Shown here piece after piece: positions 1 to 13,200 of a DNA stretch of 64,000 nt; the stretch's first letter is position 1, and every line of letters begins with the position of its first letter. Origin of the DNA: Bacteroidales bacterium (GTDB lineage Bacteria > Bacteroidota > Bacteroidia > Bacteroidales > UBA1402); the NCBI GenBank assembly GCA_017464285.1, contig JAFUDT010000013.1, positions 138,962 through 202,961 of the forward strand, read 5' to 3'. Below the pieces are notes generated by a model. The model was not told where the DNA came from, did not search any database, and saw only the letters and a list, made by a program, of their open reading frames with translations. Both the position numbers and the translations under genes were made by a program.

Positions 1-133
1 ACAGAGTGCAGTATTCGTGCAGGCACAGGGCCGTCAAAAGAGCGAAGATGATGCCGTAGGTGAACGGCCCCAGCAGGATGGCCGCTACGATAAGGGCCAC
101 ATAGAGCGATCCGGTAAGTGCACGCAACCACAT
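1..133 (-). CDS. cdsA: phosphatidate cytidylyltransferase, N-terminal fragment (gene runs off the left edge)
   Basis: Reverse-strand ATG at 133..131, 4 nt after the ftsH stop. Translates MWLRALTGSLYVALIVAAILLGPFTYGIIFALLTALCLHEYCTL, a hydrophobic CdsA-like N-terminus. Only 44 codons are visible. Not in the ORF track because no stop lies in the window. Confidence 0.5.
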   Translation of the reverse strand, partial: MWLRALTGSLYVALIVAAILLGPFTYGIIFALLTALCLHEYCTL

Positions 134-137
134 AGTC

Positions 138-2225
<2,088 letters not shown>

Positions 2226-2240
2226 GATTTGACTTGAGTG

Positions 2241-2600
2241 TTAGCTGAGTTCCGGAATCTCCGTCAGAGCTGCATCCGACCACAGATGTTCCAGGTCGTA
2301 AAACTGGCGGGTTTCCCGGTTGAAGATATGCACTATGATATCGCCGTAGTCCATGGCAATCCACAGGGCATTGCGTTGTCCTTCAGAGGAGTATGGCTTC
2401 ATCTTGCAGTGCTCGCGGACGTAGTCCTCAATGTGCTCGGTGATGGCCAGCATCTGAGTGTTGGAACTTCCCTCACAGATGATGAAATAGTCGCAGACGG
2501 AACTGTCCAGGCTTCTGAGATCGACCACCGTGATCTGTTTGCCCTTGCGTTCCTGTATGGCGTCTGTAATGTGTTTGATCAGTGTCTTGTTGCTTATCAT
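2241..2600 (-). CDS. rsfS: ribosome silencing factor RsfS (iojap-like)
   Basis: ORF 2241..2627. Family-typical DYFIICEGSSNTQ...WIAMDYGDIIVHIF. The ATG at 2600 (MISNKTL, 119 aa) fits the family length better than the TTG at 2627. Confidence 0.88.
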   Translation of the reverse strand: MISNKTLIKHITDAIQERKGKQITVVDLRSLDSSVCDYFIICEGSSNTQMLAITEHIEDYVREHCKMKPYSSEGQRNALWIAMDYGDIIVHIFNRETRQFYDLEHLWSDAALTEIPELS

Positions 2601-2638
2601 TGATAACAAATAGCTTGTCGTGGCCAAAAGTAGTAAAA

Positions 2639-3955
2639 TTATGACTTATATCGTATCCATTTCCACAAATCTTTGTAGGTGACCTTCTTGCCGTACATCA
2701 GAATGCCGGTGCGGTAGATTTTGGCTGCCAGCTTGACGCAGAGCAGGAAGGTGATAACCAGCAAGGCAAACGAGAGTACGATCTGCCAGAATGGAACCCC
2801 CATCGGCAGTCGGACCATCATCACAATTGGTGAAAAGAAGGGGATGAACGAACTCCAGAAGACCAGGGGACCGTCCGGATTCATGGCTCCATAGATGCCG
2901 ATGTAGAGTGCCAGTATGACAGGAATGGTGATGGCCAGGGTGAATTGCTGGGAATCCTCGTTGTTGTCAACGGCTCCGCCGATGGCGGCAAAGAGCGAGG
3001 CGTAAAGCAGATATCCGCCCAGGAAGAACAGGATGAACCAGATGATGAGGCTCGTCCAGTTGAAGGACTGGATAATCTGGATGCCGTCAAGAGCCTCCTG
3101 GCTGAGGTTGACGTTCATTGTCTCGCCGGCCTGCGGCAGATTGGCTGACATGAGCGTGTCCATCGGAAGTCCGACAGCCGACAGGCCGACGGCGCTGAGC
3201 AGCAAGATGAGCAGTACCCAGAGAATGAACTGGGTGAGCCCGACCAGGGCAATGCCGACAATCTTGCCCATCATCAGCTGGAAGGGCTTGACCGAAGAGA
3301 CGATGATCTCGACGATGCGGCTGGACTTTTCCTCCACCACACCGTTCATGACCATACTGCCGTATGCAAAAATGAAAATATAGATCAGCATGGTCGCTAC
3401 CATGCCGATGACCATCGAGATCTCGGAGGAAGTCTTCACTTCCTGCCCGTCGGCCTTGTCAGACCACAGGATATTTTCCGTCCTGACGGTCGGATAGACT
3501 TCTTTCAAAATCTGTGCCAGTTCCGGAATCCGGTAAGAAGAGATCTTGTCTTCGGAAGCCATTTTTTCCAGTTGACTGCGTATTTCGCTGCTCAGTTCCA
3601 TGGGAATCTGCCGGGTGGCATAGATCCTGACCTGTCCCGTGCTGTCGGCAAGATTGCCGCGTATCGACAGCCAGGCGTAGAAATCTTCGCGTTTTTCCGC
3701 GGGCAGGGAGGAGATGTCTTCCCCGATAGCGACAAACTGCCAGCTCTTGCTGTCCTGCAGGCGGCTGACATATTGTCCGCTCTCGTCGTTGACGGCGATG
3801 AGCCGGGTCTTGCCGCTTTTGACTGTGGACAGCAGCAGGGGCACCATGATAAGTGCCACCATGAGCAGCGGCGTGAGGAAGGTCATGATAATGAAAGATT
3901 TTTTGCGGACCCTCGACAGATATTCCCTTTGTATAATAATGGAGAGTTTGTTCAT
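2639..3955 (-). CDS. ABC-2 type exporter permease (NatB-like topology)
   Basis: 438 aa. One N-terminal TM, a large soluble loop, then about 5 hydrophobic helices in the C-terminal half. Lies 12 nt downstream of the ABC ATPase gene. Confidence 0.82.
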   Translation of the reverse strand: MNKLSIIIQREYLSRVRKKSFIIMTFLTPLLMVALIMVPLLLSTVKSGKTRLIAVNDESGQYVSRLQDSKSWQFVAIGEDISSLPAEKREDFYAWLSIRGNLADSTGQVRIYATRQIPMELSSEIRSQLEKMASEDKISSYRIPELAQILKEVYPTVRTENILWSDKADGQEVKTSSEISMVIGMVATMLIYIFIFAYGSMVMNGVVEEKSSRIVEIIVSSVKPFQLMMGKIVGIALVGLTQFILWVLLILLLSAVGLSAVGLPMDTLMSANLPQAGETMNVNLSQEALDGIQIIQSFNWTSLIIWFILFFLGGYLLYASLFAAIGGAVDNNEDSQQFTLAITIPVILALYIGIYGAMNPDGPLVFWSSFIPFFSPIVMMVRLPMGVPFWQIVLSFALLVITFLLCVKLAAKIYRTGILMYGKKVTYKDLWKWIRYKS

Positions 3956-3967
3956 CTTCTTGATGTG

Positions 3968-4900
3968 TTATTGTTGCTGGATATTTTGTACGGTCTTGAT
4001 AAAGATCTCGTTCATGTCGGGAATGAGTTCTTCAAAGGATATAATATCGAAACGGGCGGCAATCTGGCTGAAAATGGCAGGTATGTCGGCCTGCTGCTCC
4101 CTGCGCAGCTGCCAGGTCCAGTAGTGGCTGCTCCGGACCAGACTGTTCCAGCTGTATAGCTGGGAGTCAAGAGCCTGGAGCCCGACCTGTGGGTCGGCAG
4201 GACGGCGCACTTTGACCAGATACTGACCCTGACGGTGGCTTTCCCGGATGTCGTCCACATCGCCTTGGAGCACGAGGCGGGAACGGTTGATCAGGCCGAT
4301 TTCGTCGCAGATTTCCTCGACCGAGGCCATATTGTGCGTAGAGAACATGATGGTAGCTCCCTGGGCCTTGAGTTCCAGTATCTCGTTGCGGATAAGCTGG
4401 GCGTTGACCGGGTCGAAGCCGCTGAAAGGCTCGTCGAAAATCAGGAACTCGGGACGGTGCATGACAGTGATGATGAACTGTACCTTCTGCTGCATGCCCT
4501 TGGACAGCTCGCCAAGTTTTTTGTCGGCCCAGGCGCGGATGTCGAATTTGTCGAACCAGTACCTGAGGCTTTCCCGGGCGTCGTTGCGGGTCATGCCCTT
4601 GAGCCGGGCCAGGTAAATGGCCTGTTCGGCCACCTTCATTTTTTTGTACAGACCTCGTTCTTCGGGCAGATATCCTATCCGGGCCATGTCGGCGGCTGTC
4701 ATCTGCCGGCCGTTGAAAATGACCTGGCCGCTGTCAGGAGCGGTGATGTGGTTGATGATACGGATCAGGGTGCTTTTGCCGGCTCCGTTGGGGCCGAGCA
4801 GACCGTAGATCTTCCCCTCGTGGACCTGGATGCTGACGTCGTCCAGGGCTTTGTGGCCGCTGTATTGCTTGACCACGTGGCTTGTTTCAAGATAGTACAT
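3968..4900 (-). CDS. ABC transporter ATP-binding protein
   Basis: Walker A GPNGAGKST, signature LSKGMQQKV, Walker B FLIFDEPFSGFDP, H-loop STH. Has an extra C-terminal domain. Confidence 0.93.
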   Translation of the reverse strand: MYYLETSHVVKQYSGHKALDDVSIQVHEGKIYGLLGPNGAGKSTLIRIINHITAPDSGQVIFNGRQMTAADMARIGYLPEERGLYKKMKVAEQAIYLARLKGMTRNDARESLRYWFDKFDIRAWADKKLGELSKGMQQKVQFIITVMHRPEFLIFDEPFSGFDPVNAQLIRNEILELKAQGATIMFSTHNMASVEEICDEIGLINRSRLVLQGDVDDIRESHRQGQYLVKVRRPADPQVGLQALDSQLYSWNSLVRSSHYWTWQLRREQQADIPAIFSQIAARFDIISFEELIPDMNEIFIKTVQNIQQQ

Positions 4901-4909
4901 GTGCTGTCG

Positions 4910-6988
4910 TTATAGGCTGATAATTCTTTCTCCCAGGGCTTTGGCAAAGATTTTTTCGGTTTCGCGCAGGTCGCGGTAGACTGTCATCCACCTGGTCAGT
5001 GCCTGAGAGTCGCCGTTGCGCTGGGCCTGCTTGATCTCTTCCATCGCCTGTTTTATTCTGTCTTTCAGTATTCGGTATTTCCAATCTTCAATGAGGTGGG
5101 GCACCAGTTCGCCGAGCGTCTCCTCCTCCTTTTGCACCTTCTTGCGAAAACTCATCGAATCGTTCTCGTCGGGCAGGTAAATCTTGCTCAGTTCGTAGCG
5201 GTCGGTGACCAGCTCTGCGGCTGTCAGGCTGATCTGGCTGTCTTGATGCTGCAAGAAATACCGCTCGGCTACGAACCCTGTGTCTTTAAAGTGTAGGCAT
5301 GCCTCTTCGAACATTTTCCGATAGCAGGGGTCGGAAAAAGTGACCTGGTCAATCTGAAGCTCTTCCATGATATATTCCAGCACGCTGACGGCCTGTCCGT
5401 TTTCATCTTCGAAGAGCGTGCGTTCGCCGTAGCGGACAATCATTCGCAGCAGGTTCTTTTCATACTTCTGCATGCTGCCTGCCGGCGATGATTCCACAGC
5501 GGTCGCTGCCGGCGGCATCTCCTGTCCGCTATCCGGGAGCGGGGGAGCCTCGGTGGGGAAGGGGACCTCCTCCCGGGGTGGCTGCGTCTCCTCCGGAACT
5601 GGTCCGGCCGGTGTGCCGCCTTGCAGGCGGTAGTCCTGATAGCGCTGTTGCAGGTTGCGCTGCTGACGGTTGCGCTCGGCTGTCCGGGCCCGCTGTCTGC
5701 CGACTTGCTTGAGCAGCATCTCCTCGCGCGTGTCCAGCGACCGGCTGCACTCCTTGATATACTCTGATCGGATGATTTCGTTGGGAATCAGGGAAATACT
5801 TTCGACTATGTCCTGGATCAGAGCGGCACGGCTAAGGGGGTCGTTGCCGCAGTCCTTGAGCAGTATGGCGGTCTTGAAGCGGATAAAGTCGGTCTCGTTC
5901 TCCCGGATATAGTCCATGAACTCGGACGAGCTGTGGCTCTGGGCATAGGAATCCGGGTCTTCTCCTTCTGGCAGCAGCACCACCTTGATGTTCAGTCCCT
6001 CCTCAAGCAACAGGTTGATACCTCTCAGGGAAGCCTTGATGCCGGCCGCATCCCCGTCATAGAGCACGGTGACATTCTCCGTAAAGCGGTGGATGAGGCG
6101 GATTTGCCCATGGGTGAGCGAAGTGCCCGAAGAGGCGACGACATTGCAGATGCCTGCCTGATGCATGGAAATGACATCCAGGTAGCCTTCTACCAGGAAA
6201 CAGCGGTTTTGTCTGACAATGGCCTGCTTGGCAAAATACAGGCCGTAGAGTTCAGCGCTCTTGCTGTAGATTTCCGATTCGGGAGAGTTGACATACTTGG
6301 CCAGTTTGTCCGATTTCCTGAGGATGCGGCCGCCGAAGGCCACCACCTTACCCGACACGGTGTGCACCGGGAAGATGACCCGTTCGCGGTAGCGGTCGTA
6401 AAGTCCGCCGTTCTCACTTTGTACGGAAAGACCCGTCTTGACGAGCAGCTCCCGGCTGTAGCCTTTACGCAGGGCGCTGAGACTGAATTCATCACGTTTT
6501 TCGGGGCTGAATCCCAGCTGAAACTGACGGATGATATCGTCCCTGAGTCCGCGCTCCTGCTGGAAATACCTTAGTCCGATACTGCGCCCCTCCGGGGTGT
6601 TGTGCAGGGTGTCGACAAAGAAATCCCGGGCAAATTCGTTGATGACAAACATGCTCTCGCGGTCGCTGCGGCGTTGCTGCTCTTCGGGGCTGAGTTCTTT
6701 TTCGACGACCTCTATGTGGTATTTCCTGGCCAGCCATTTGAGCGCCTCGCTGTAGGAAAGTTGCTCGTGCTCCATGATAAAGTGAACCACGTTGCCGCCC
6801 TTGCCGCAACTGAAGCATTTGCAGATGCCTTTGGACGGAGAAACGCTGAACGAAGGCGTCTTTTCATCATGAAAAGGGCAGAGACCGATGTAGTTGGCCC
6901 CCCTCTTGCGGAGATTGACAAACTCACCGATCACTTCTTCGATGCGGGCAGCGCTCATTATCCTACTAACTGTCTGAGGGTCAATCAT
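4910..6988 (-). CDS. dnaG: DNA primase
   Basis: Zinc ribbon CPFHDEKTPSFSVSPSKGICKCFSCGKGG. TOPRIM motifs LVEGYLDVIS and LYDGDAAGIKA. Long Pro/Glu/Gln-rich linker before the C-terminal domain. Confidence 0.95.
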   Translation of the reverse strand: MIDPQTVSRIMSAARIEEVIGEFVNLRKRGANYIGLCPFHDEKTPSFSVSPSKGICKCFSCGKGGNVVHFIMEHEQLSYSEALKWLARKYHIEVVEKELSPEEQQRRSDRESMFVINEFARDFFVDTLHNTPEGRSIGLRYFQQERGLRDDIIRQFQLGFSPEKRDEFSLSALRKGYSRELLVKTGLSVQSENGGLYDRYRERVIFPVHTVSGKVVAFGGRILRKSDKLAKYVNSPESEIYSKSAELYGLYFAKQAIVRQNRCFLVEGYLDVISMHQAGICNVVASSGTSLTHGQIRLIHRFTENVTVLYDGDAAGIKASLRGINLLLEEGLNIKVVLLPEGEDPDSYAQSHSSSEFMDYIRENETDFIRFKTAILLKDCGNDPLSRAALIQDIVESISLIPNEIIRSEYIKECSRSLDTREEMLLKQVGRQRARTAERNRQQRNLQQRYQDYRLQGGTPAGPVPEETQPPREEVPFPTEAPPLPDSGQEMPPAATAVESSPAGSMQKYEKNLLRMIVRYGERTLFEDENGQAVSVLEYIMEELQIDQVTFSDPCYRKMFEEACLHFKDTGFVAERYFLQHQDSQISLTAAELVTDRYELSKIYLPDENDSMSFRKKVQKEEETLGELVPHLIEDWKYRILKDRIKQAMEEIKQAQRNGDSQALTRWMTVYRDLRETEKIFAKALGERIISL

Positions 6989-7170
6989 ATAATGTCACTT
7001 TTCTTTTTTTTAGGCCGGCAGTGTTTTTTTTAATATTATTTTATCTGAATCGAATTAGGTCAAAACAATATTTGTCTCTATATTTGCGTCCAATTGCGTG
7101 CTTTGTCTCATGCTGACTGCATTGCCGCAAAAGTAATTGTTTTGGAGAGAAAATCAAAGACTATAACTCT

Positions 7171-10100
7171 ATGGATATGTTGAAACGATCACAAAGCCTT
7201 TTGTCGGTGCTTGTGGCTGTGGCACTAGTCTGTGTGTCCTCATGTAAGGATCCGTATTATTACGACGACCGGGAACCGGACTGGCTGGGTGCAAGCATCT
7301 ACGATTATCTGAAGTCGCATCGGGACTCGGCCGGGAAACCGGATTACAGCTACTTTGTCCGCATCATCGATTCGTGTAACTACAAGGAAGTGCTCGCCAA
7401 GACCGGCAGCAAGACCATGTTCGTATGCAAGGACAAATCCTTCGAGGAGTATTTCCGCAACAACGAGGACGGTATCACCTGTTTCGAAGACTTCAACCGT
7501 TCGATGCTGAACCGCATCATGGAATACTCCATGGTCAACGATGCCAACCTGCTGGAGATGCTCTCCTACGAGTCCGGCTACGTCAAGGGCATGGTCATGC
7601 GCCGCGAGACTTCTCTCGACCCGCTCGATATGCTGGATTTCGAGAAGGAGAGCCTGCCGGCGAAGAATCCCTACTTCGCCCCCTACCGCGCCAAAGGCAT
7701 GTACATTCTCAACGACAATACTTCTCCCAGGCTGATTCATCTGCTTCAGGAGCTGGTCGATGTCCATAACATCACCGACGAGGACTTTGCCGTGCTTTTC
7801 AACGGCCTGAAGCACGAAAAAGGCGACGGCTTCGTCCTCAACCACAAGATTATCGAAAAGGACATCACTTGCAAGAACGGTTATATCCATGTGTTGGACG
7901 GCCTGCTGCTGCCCCGCGAGAACATGGCCACCTACATCCGAGAGAACGACAACCTTTCGACTTTCAATTCGCTGATGGACCGTTTCAGCGCTCCCTATCC
8001 TGATGTTTCCCGTACGAATACTTATCGTCAGTTGCATCCCGACTTCCCCCTGGAGGACACCATCTACGTGCGCCGCTATTTCTCTTCTCTTTCCCAGGGT
8101 GGCAGCAACACGCTGACCCCCTCGGGCATTTCGGTGCCTGAAGAGGAACGGCTCATTTTCGATCCGGGCTGGAACAGCTACGAACGGGGCGGCAACGGCC
8201 GCAACGACATGGCCGCCATGTTCGTCCCCAGCAACCAGGCCATGTCGGAGTATTTCTCGCCTACGGGCGAGGGCTCCTACCTCTACGATCGTTACCATAT
8301 CTGGGACAGCGTGCCCAATGACATTGCCAGCAAGTTCATCAACGCCCATATGAAGTATTCCTTCCTGACTTCGCTGCCCAGTAAGTTCATCGGTCTGAAG
8401 AATGAACAGTGGGACGAGATAGGTGTCCGTAAGGAGCATGTCGAGACTGCCCGCGTGACGACCAACGGTGCCGTCTATGTCACCAGCAAGGTCTATCCTC
8501 CTATTGAATACGCCTCGGTCATGGCCCCGGTGCTGGTCGGCCTTGACACCCGTGTCTTCAACAAAGCCATCAAGGATCTGAACTTCGACATCTACCTCAA
8601 GTCGATGGAGACGGTCTACAGCGGCGGCTATGTGCCTCCCTATACCTTTATTATTCCCAGTGACGAAGGCATCAGCAACTATATCTATCCCTCGTCTCTG
8701 ATGCGAGACTACCATGAAGTGCTGGACTTTGTCTTCAATGCCGAGGACAATGCCGTGCAGGCCATCCGTTATGAGATCAACGAAGCGGATCCCTCGTCCC
8801 GCGTCCGTGTGGGCAGTGACGACTCCCGTCTGGGCGGAGCTCCGATTTCGGCACTGATGAACGAAATGCTCGACTACCATATTATATTAGGTGAACTCAA
8901 ACCCGAGCAGGAATACTACCAGACCAAAGGCATGGGCTTTATCCGCGTCCAGATGACCGACGACAACAATGTCAAGATCTGGGGCGGCGGGAACATGGAG
9001 CAGAACCAGACCTGGGGCGGCTCTTCCGGTGCCTGGAACGATGCGGCCTATTCGCCCAACCTGACCAAGTTCCTTAATTTCCGCAATGGTAAGACCTATA
9101 TGGTGGACAAGGTGCTGCAGCAGCCTTTCAACTCGGTTTACAAGACGCTGGGGAGTCACGCCCAGTTCAGCGACTTCTTGAATGCCTGTGCAGATATCTC
9201 CGATGTCAATAAGCTGATATTCAAGTCAAATATCAACAACACCTCGGTCATAGACCAGAATGTCAGCTTCTATATCGGTTACCATTATACGCTTTATGTG
9301 CCCAACAATGCGGCCATGGCCAAGGCCTATGCGGCCGGTCTGCCCACCTGGGCCCAGATCAATGCGGTGACCGATCAGGCCAAGAAGCGTCAGATGACGG
9401 CCAAGATGGTGGATTTCCTGCGCTATCACTTCCAGGACAACTCCATTTTCATCAAGGGCGATCTGGTCAGCGACTCCACCTTCGAGACGGCCTTGATCAA
9501 TTCCAGCACCGGTAAGTTCTTTACCCTGAATATCAGTCAGGACGGTCAGGATCTGACCATCAAGCCAACGGCTGTCTCCAACAGCGGGCAGGAGTTGCCT
9601 TATGACCGGAATGCCCGTGGCGTCATCAAGGTCAACAAGAGCAACAATCTGTACAACCTGATGGCACGCGACATCTATTTCAGCGGCAGCGACAAGCAGA
9701 GAGTCACTGCCTCCCTGTCGGACTATTCGGCCCGCACCACGGTCCACGAGTTGGATACCTTCCTGACGGTCATCAAGGCTCCGACGCTGACTTTCTCCTA
9801 CACGGCCACCAATCCCAACTACATGATCATCCTTGCCGGTACGGCAGTCGACGACAACGGTGACGGCGTGGTCTATAACGGAACGGCTGCCGCCGGTAAT
9901 CAGGTGATTATTGAGAAGGGACTGAATTATTTCTGGTCAAGCAATGCGGACAGCGTTCCCGTAGTGCTGGCCTCCCAGCAGCTTCCCTTGAGCCAGGTGG
10001 TCAGCGATCCCGCCAGAGTAGTCAATCGGGCCTCTGCTGCAACGGACAACAGTCCTGGAGACGTGGATCCCATTTTCGGTGCTCGCAGAATGTTCTATTA

Positions 10101-10296
10101 CAAGGACGGCACGAGACCCTACAATTTCAATGTCGGCAGGGCAGAGGGCGATTCGCTGCTGTATGTGCAGGCTTATGCAGTGAGCAAGTACTACGAGAAC
10201 GGCACAACCACTCCCTCGAGTGCCTCGGACAAGCATCTGCAGGCGGTCAGCAACATTATATGTGTAAACACCAATACGGGTACTATAGTTAAATAG
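7171..10296 (+). CDS. fasciclin (FAS1) multi-domain surface lipoprotein
   Basis: Lipoprotein signal ...ALVCVSSC. Repeated FAS1 boxes, for example TMFVCKDKSFEEYF / KNGYIHVLDGLLLP and AMFVPSNQAMSEYF / NGAVYVTSKVYPP. Sits immediately upstream of a SusC-like gene. Confidence 0.8.
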   Translation: MDMLKRSQSLLSVLVAVALVCVSSCKDPYYYDDREPDWLGASIYDYLKSHRDSAGKPDYSYFVRIIDSCNYKEVLAKTGSKTMFVCKDKSFEEYFRNNEDGITCFEDFNRSMLNRIMEYSMVNDANLLEMLSYESGYVKGMVMRRETSLDPLDMLDFEKESLPAKNPYFAPYRAKGMYILNDNTSPRLIHLLQELVDVHNITDEDFAVLFNGLKHEKGDGFVLNHKIIEKDITCKNGYIHVLDGLLLPRENMATYIRENDNLSTFNSLMDRFSAPYPDVSRTNTYRQLHPDFPLEDTIYVRRYFSSLSQGGSNTLTPSGISVPEEERLIFDPGWNSYERGGNGRNDMAAMFVPSNQAMSEYFSPTGEGSYLYDRYHIWDSVPNDIASKFINAHMKYSFLTSLPSKFIGLKNEQWDEIGVRKEHVETARVTTNGAVYVTSKVYPPIEYASVMAPVLVGLDTRVFNKAIKDLNFDIYLKSMETVYSGGYVPPYTFIIPSDEGISNYIYPSSLMRDYHEVLDFVFNAEDNAVQAIRYEINEADPSSRVRVGSDDSRLGGAPISALMNEMLDYHIILGELKPEQEYYQTKGMGFIRVQMTDDNNVKIWGGGNMEQNQTWGGSSGAWNDAAYSPNLTKFLNFRNGKTYMVDKVLQQPFNSVYKTLGSHAQFSDFLNACADISDVNKLIFKSNINNTSVIDQNVSFYIGYHYTLYVPNNAAMAKAYAAGLPTWAQINAVTDQAKKRQMTAKMVDFLRYHFQDNSIFIKGDLVSDSTFETALINSSTGKFFTLNISQDGQDLTIKPTAVSNSGQELPYDRNARGVIKVNKSNNLYNLMARDIYFSGSDKQRVTASLSDYSARTTVHELDTFLTVIKAPTLTFSYTATNPNYMIILAGTAVDDNGDGVVYNGTAAAGNQVIIEKGLNYFWSSNADSVPVVLASQQLPLSQVVSDPARVVNRASAATDNSPGDVDPIFGARRMFYYKDGTRPYNFNVGRAEGDSLLYVQAYAVSKYYENGTTTPSSASDKHLQAVSNIICVNTNTGTIVK

Positions 10297-10298
10297 TT

Positions 10299-13200
10299 AT
10301 GAGGAAGAGTATAGCAAAGTACGGCATGACGATGTTGCTCTCATGCCTGTTCTCTCTGACAGTGTCGGCTCAGAACAATGCCGCCAATCTTGTCCGCGGC
10401 AAGGTCACGGCCAAGGAGGACGGCGAGCCGCTGATATCCGTCACAGTAACCGAAATGGATGCGAGCAACCGTATCTACGGCGTTACGGTGACCAACTACG
10501 ACGGTGAGTATGTAATACAGGTGAATAATCGTGCCAATAGATTGAGATTTAAGTATATAGGCTTTGAAGACCTGGAAATACCCATTGGTGAACAGAAAGT
10601 GATTAACGCAGCCATGTCAGAAAAGTCCACTATGCTGCAGGAGGCGGTCATTACCGCCAAGGCCATGGTAGACAACGGTGCTTTCAGCATCCCGCAGCGA
10701 GAGGTCTCCATGTCGATGCAAAAAATCGATGCTGAAGAATTTGAAGGCATTTCGGTGGCTTCTATCGATGATGCCCTGCAGGGACAGATAGCCGGTCTGG
10801 ACATTGTCAACGTTTCGGGTGAGCCGGGTGCCGGTATGTCGATGCGTATCCGCGGTACCACTTCGCTGAACGCCTCCAACGAGCCTCTGATCGTGGTGAA
10901 CGATGTCATTTATCAGACAACGATCGATGCCGACTTCGATTTTGCCACCGCCAATGAAGACCAGTATGCCCAGTTGATCAGCGTCGCCCCGGACGACATT
11001 GCCAGTATCACCGTTTTGAAAGACGCTGCTGCTACGGCCATGTGGGGTACCAAAGGTGCCAACGGCGTGCTGCTGATTACCACCAAGCGAGGCAAGAAAG
11101 GTCCGACCCGTGTCAACTACGCCTATTCCTATACGCGTAAGACTCAGCCCAAGGGCATGAACATGCTCAGTGGCGACGACTACACCATGCTCATGAAGCA
11201 GTCGTATTACAACCCCAATCTGGACCCCTCGGCCTCGGATATCCAGGAGTTCAATTACGACACCAACTTCACTGAATACGAGAATTACAACAACAACACC
11301 GACTGGCGGAAAGAGGTGAGCCGCATTGCCCGTGTCCACGACAATCAGCTGACTATCTCCGGCGGCGGTGAGAGTGTGCTGTTCCGTGTGTCTGCCGGCT
11401 ACTATACAGAAACCGGTACGGTCATCGGCCAGCTGCTGAACCGTCTGAGCATGCGTTCTTCAATCGACTATGACGTGTCGAAGCGCATCCGTTTCACAGC
11501 CGACTTTGCCTACACCTATGCAGATAACGACAGAAACTACGAGAATCCTCTGGAGGTCGGTTATAAGAAGATGCCTAACTTGAGTGTCTATGCTCAGGAT
11601 CTGAACGGTCTTGACACGGATGTGTTCTATCATGTGCTGCAGAATTCGACTCTGGCCAAGGAGCAGAAGGAACTGAGCAACCCCGTGGCTGTGGCTTTGC
11701 TGGCACGGAACAACACGCGTAGCTATCGTACGGCGCCTTCGTTCCATCTCCGTTATGAGATTCTGGATCCTCAGCGTACGGCCAGCTCCCTGCGTCTGGA
11801 ACTGACGGCTTCCTTTGACATCAACGCATCGCAGCAGCGGTCGTTTTTCCCCAAAGACGCCTCCAATGCTGCCTGGAGTGATGACAATAAAGTGAACCGC
11901 GCCCAGGGAGCCGAGAGTGAAAGTACCAGTCAGTCGCTTCAGGCCAACCTGGTCTTTGTACCCTCCTTTGCCACTACGGACCACAGTGTCCGCCTGAATG
12001 CCCGTTTCAACCTGTCGTCAGGCTCGACCAACTCTTTGAATACCGGTGTGGCTGGCTTGCCCTCCATGTTTATACAGGCTCCCTCGTCGGATGCCCATGC
12101 GATAGCCCTGAGCAACAGTGCCAATGAGAATCCCCGCTCGCTGACTTATAGCTGGAACTTCCATTATGCCTACAAAGGCCGTTATATCGCCGGCGGTACG
12201 GTGGCCATCAACAGTAGCTCTAAATTCGGTAAAAACTTCAAGACGGGTCTGTTCCCGGCCATTTCCGGTAAGTGGATCATCAGTGATGAGCCTTTCTTCG
12301 GTTCTCTGCGGGACATCATATCGGAGGCCGGTTTCCGCTGGAGCTTCGGTTACACCGGTAACGAGCCTGGCAGCACCTTCCTCTGGCTGAGCCGTTACGG
12401 AGAATATAAGGAGAAATATATCGACATGACGGCTGTCCATCCCAGCAATATGGCACTGGCCAATTTGAGGTGGGAAAACACCACCCAGCTGAACGGAGGT
12501 CTTGACCTGCAGCTTCTGGACGGCAAATATGATGTCGGCTTCGACTATTACTACAAACACACGACCGATGCCCTGTTCAATAATGTGGGTATTTCCACCA
12601 TTGTCGGTTACAGTGCCATCAGCAGCCTGAATGACGGAACCATCGACAACCAGGGTTGGGAATTTCACGGCCGTGTCAGAGATCTGCTCAAGGTCGGCAA
12701 CGTCCGTATGGATTTGAGTTTCAACTTTTCCAACAACAAGAACACCATAGTTGAGCTGTCGGATGAGATTCTGGCTCGTTATAACAGTGATTTCGACTAT
12801 GCGAACGGTTCTTATCTGACCCGTATTCAGGTGGGCAACCCTGTGGGCTCCATTTACGGATTCCTTTATGATGGTGTCTATGAGTACAGCACCTATGATC
12901 CGGAGCATCCTGAACGTACCTGTCCGGTTGTCCGCAATGAAAAGGGCGAGGCTGTCCTGGATGCAGAAGGGAACACCAAGCCTATGTATTTTGCCTACGG
13001 GCGGTCTGCTGCTTACGAGTTCAAGGCCGGTGACGCCATTTACCGCGATATCAACCACGACGGCAGCATCGATGAGCTGGACATCGTCTATCTGGGTAAC
13101 TCCCTGCCGATTGTTACCGGTGGTTTCGGTCTGAATTTCCGCTGGAAGAGATTCTCTGTCAACACTTTCTTTAACTACCGTTACGGTAACAAGGTGGTCA

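Noticed and set aside
7240-8880. 546-aa minus-strand ORF inside the first FAS1 lipoprotein gene.
   Set aside because: It is antisense to a gene with a signal peptide and FAS1 boxes. Its sequence is rich in V/H/D/G/R repeats and has no start context or motifs.
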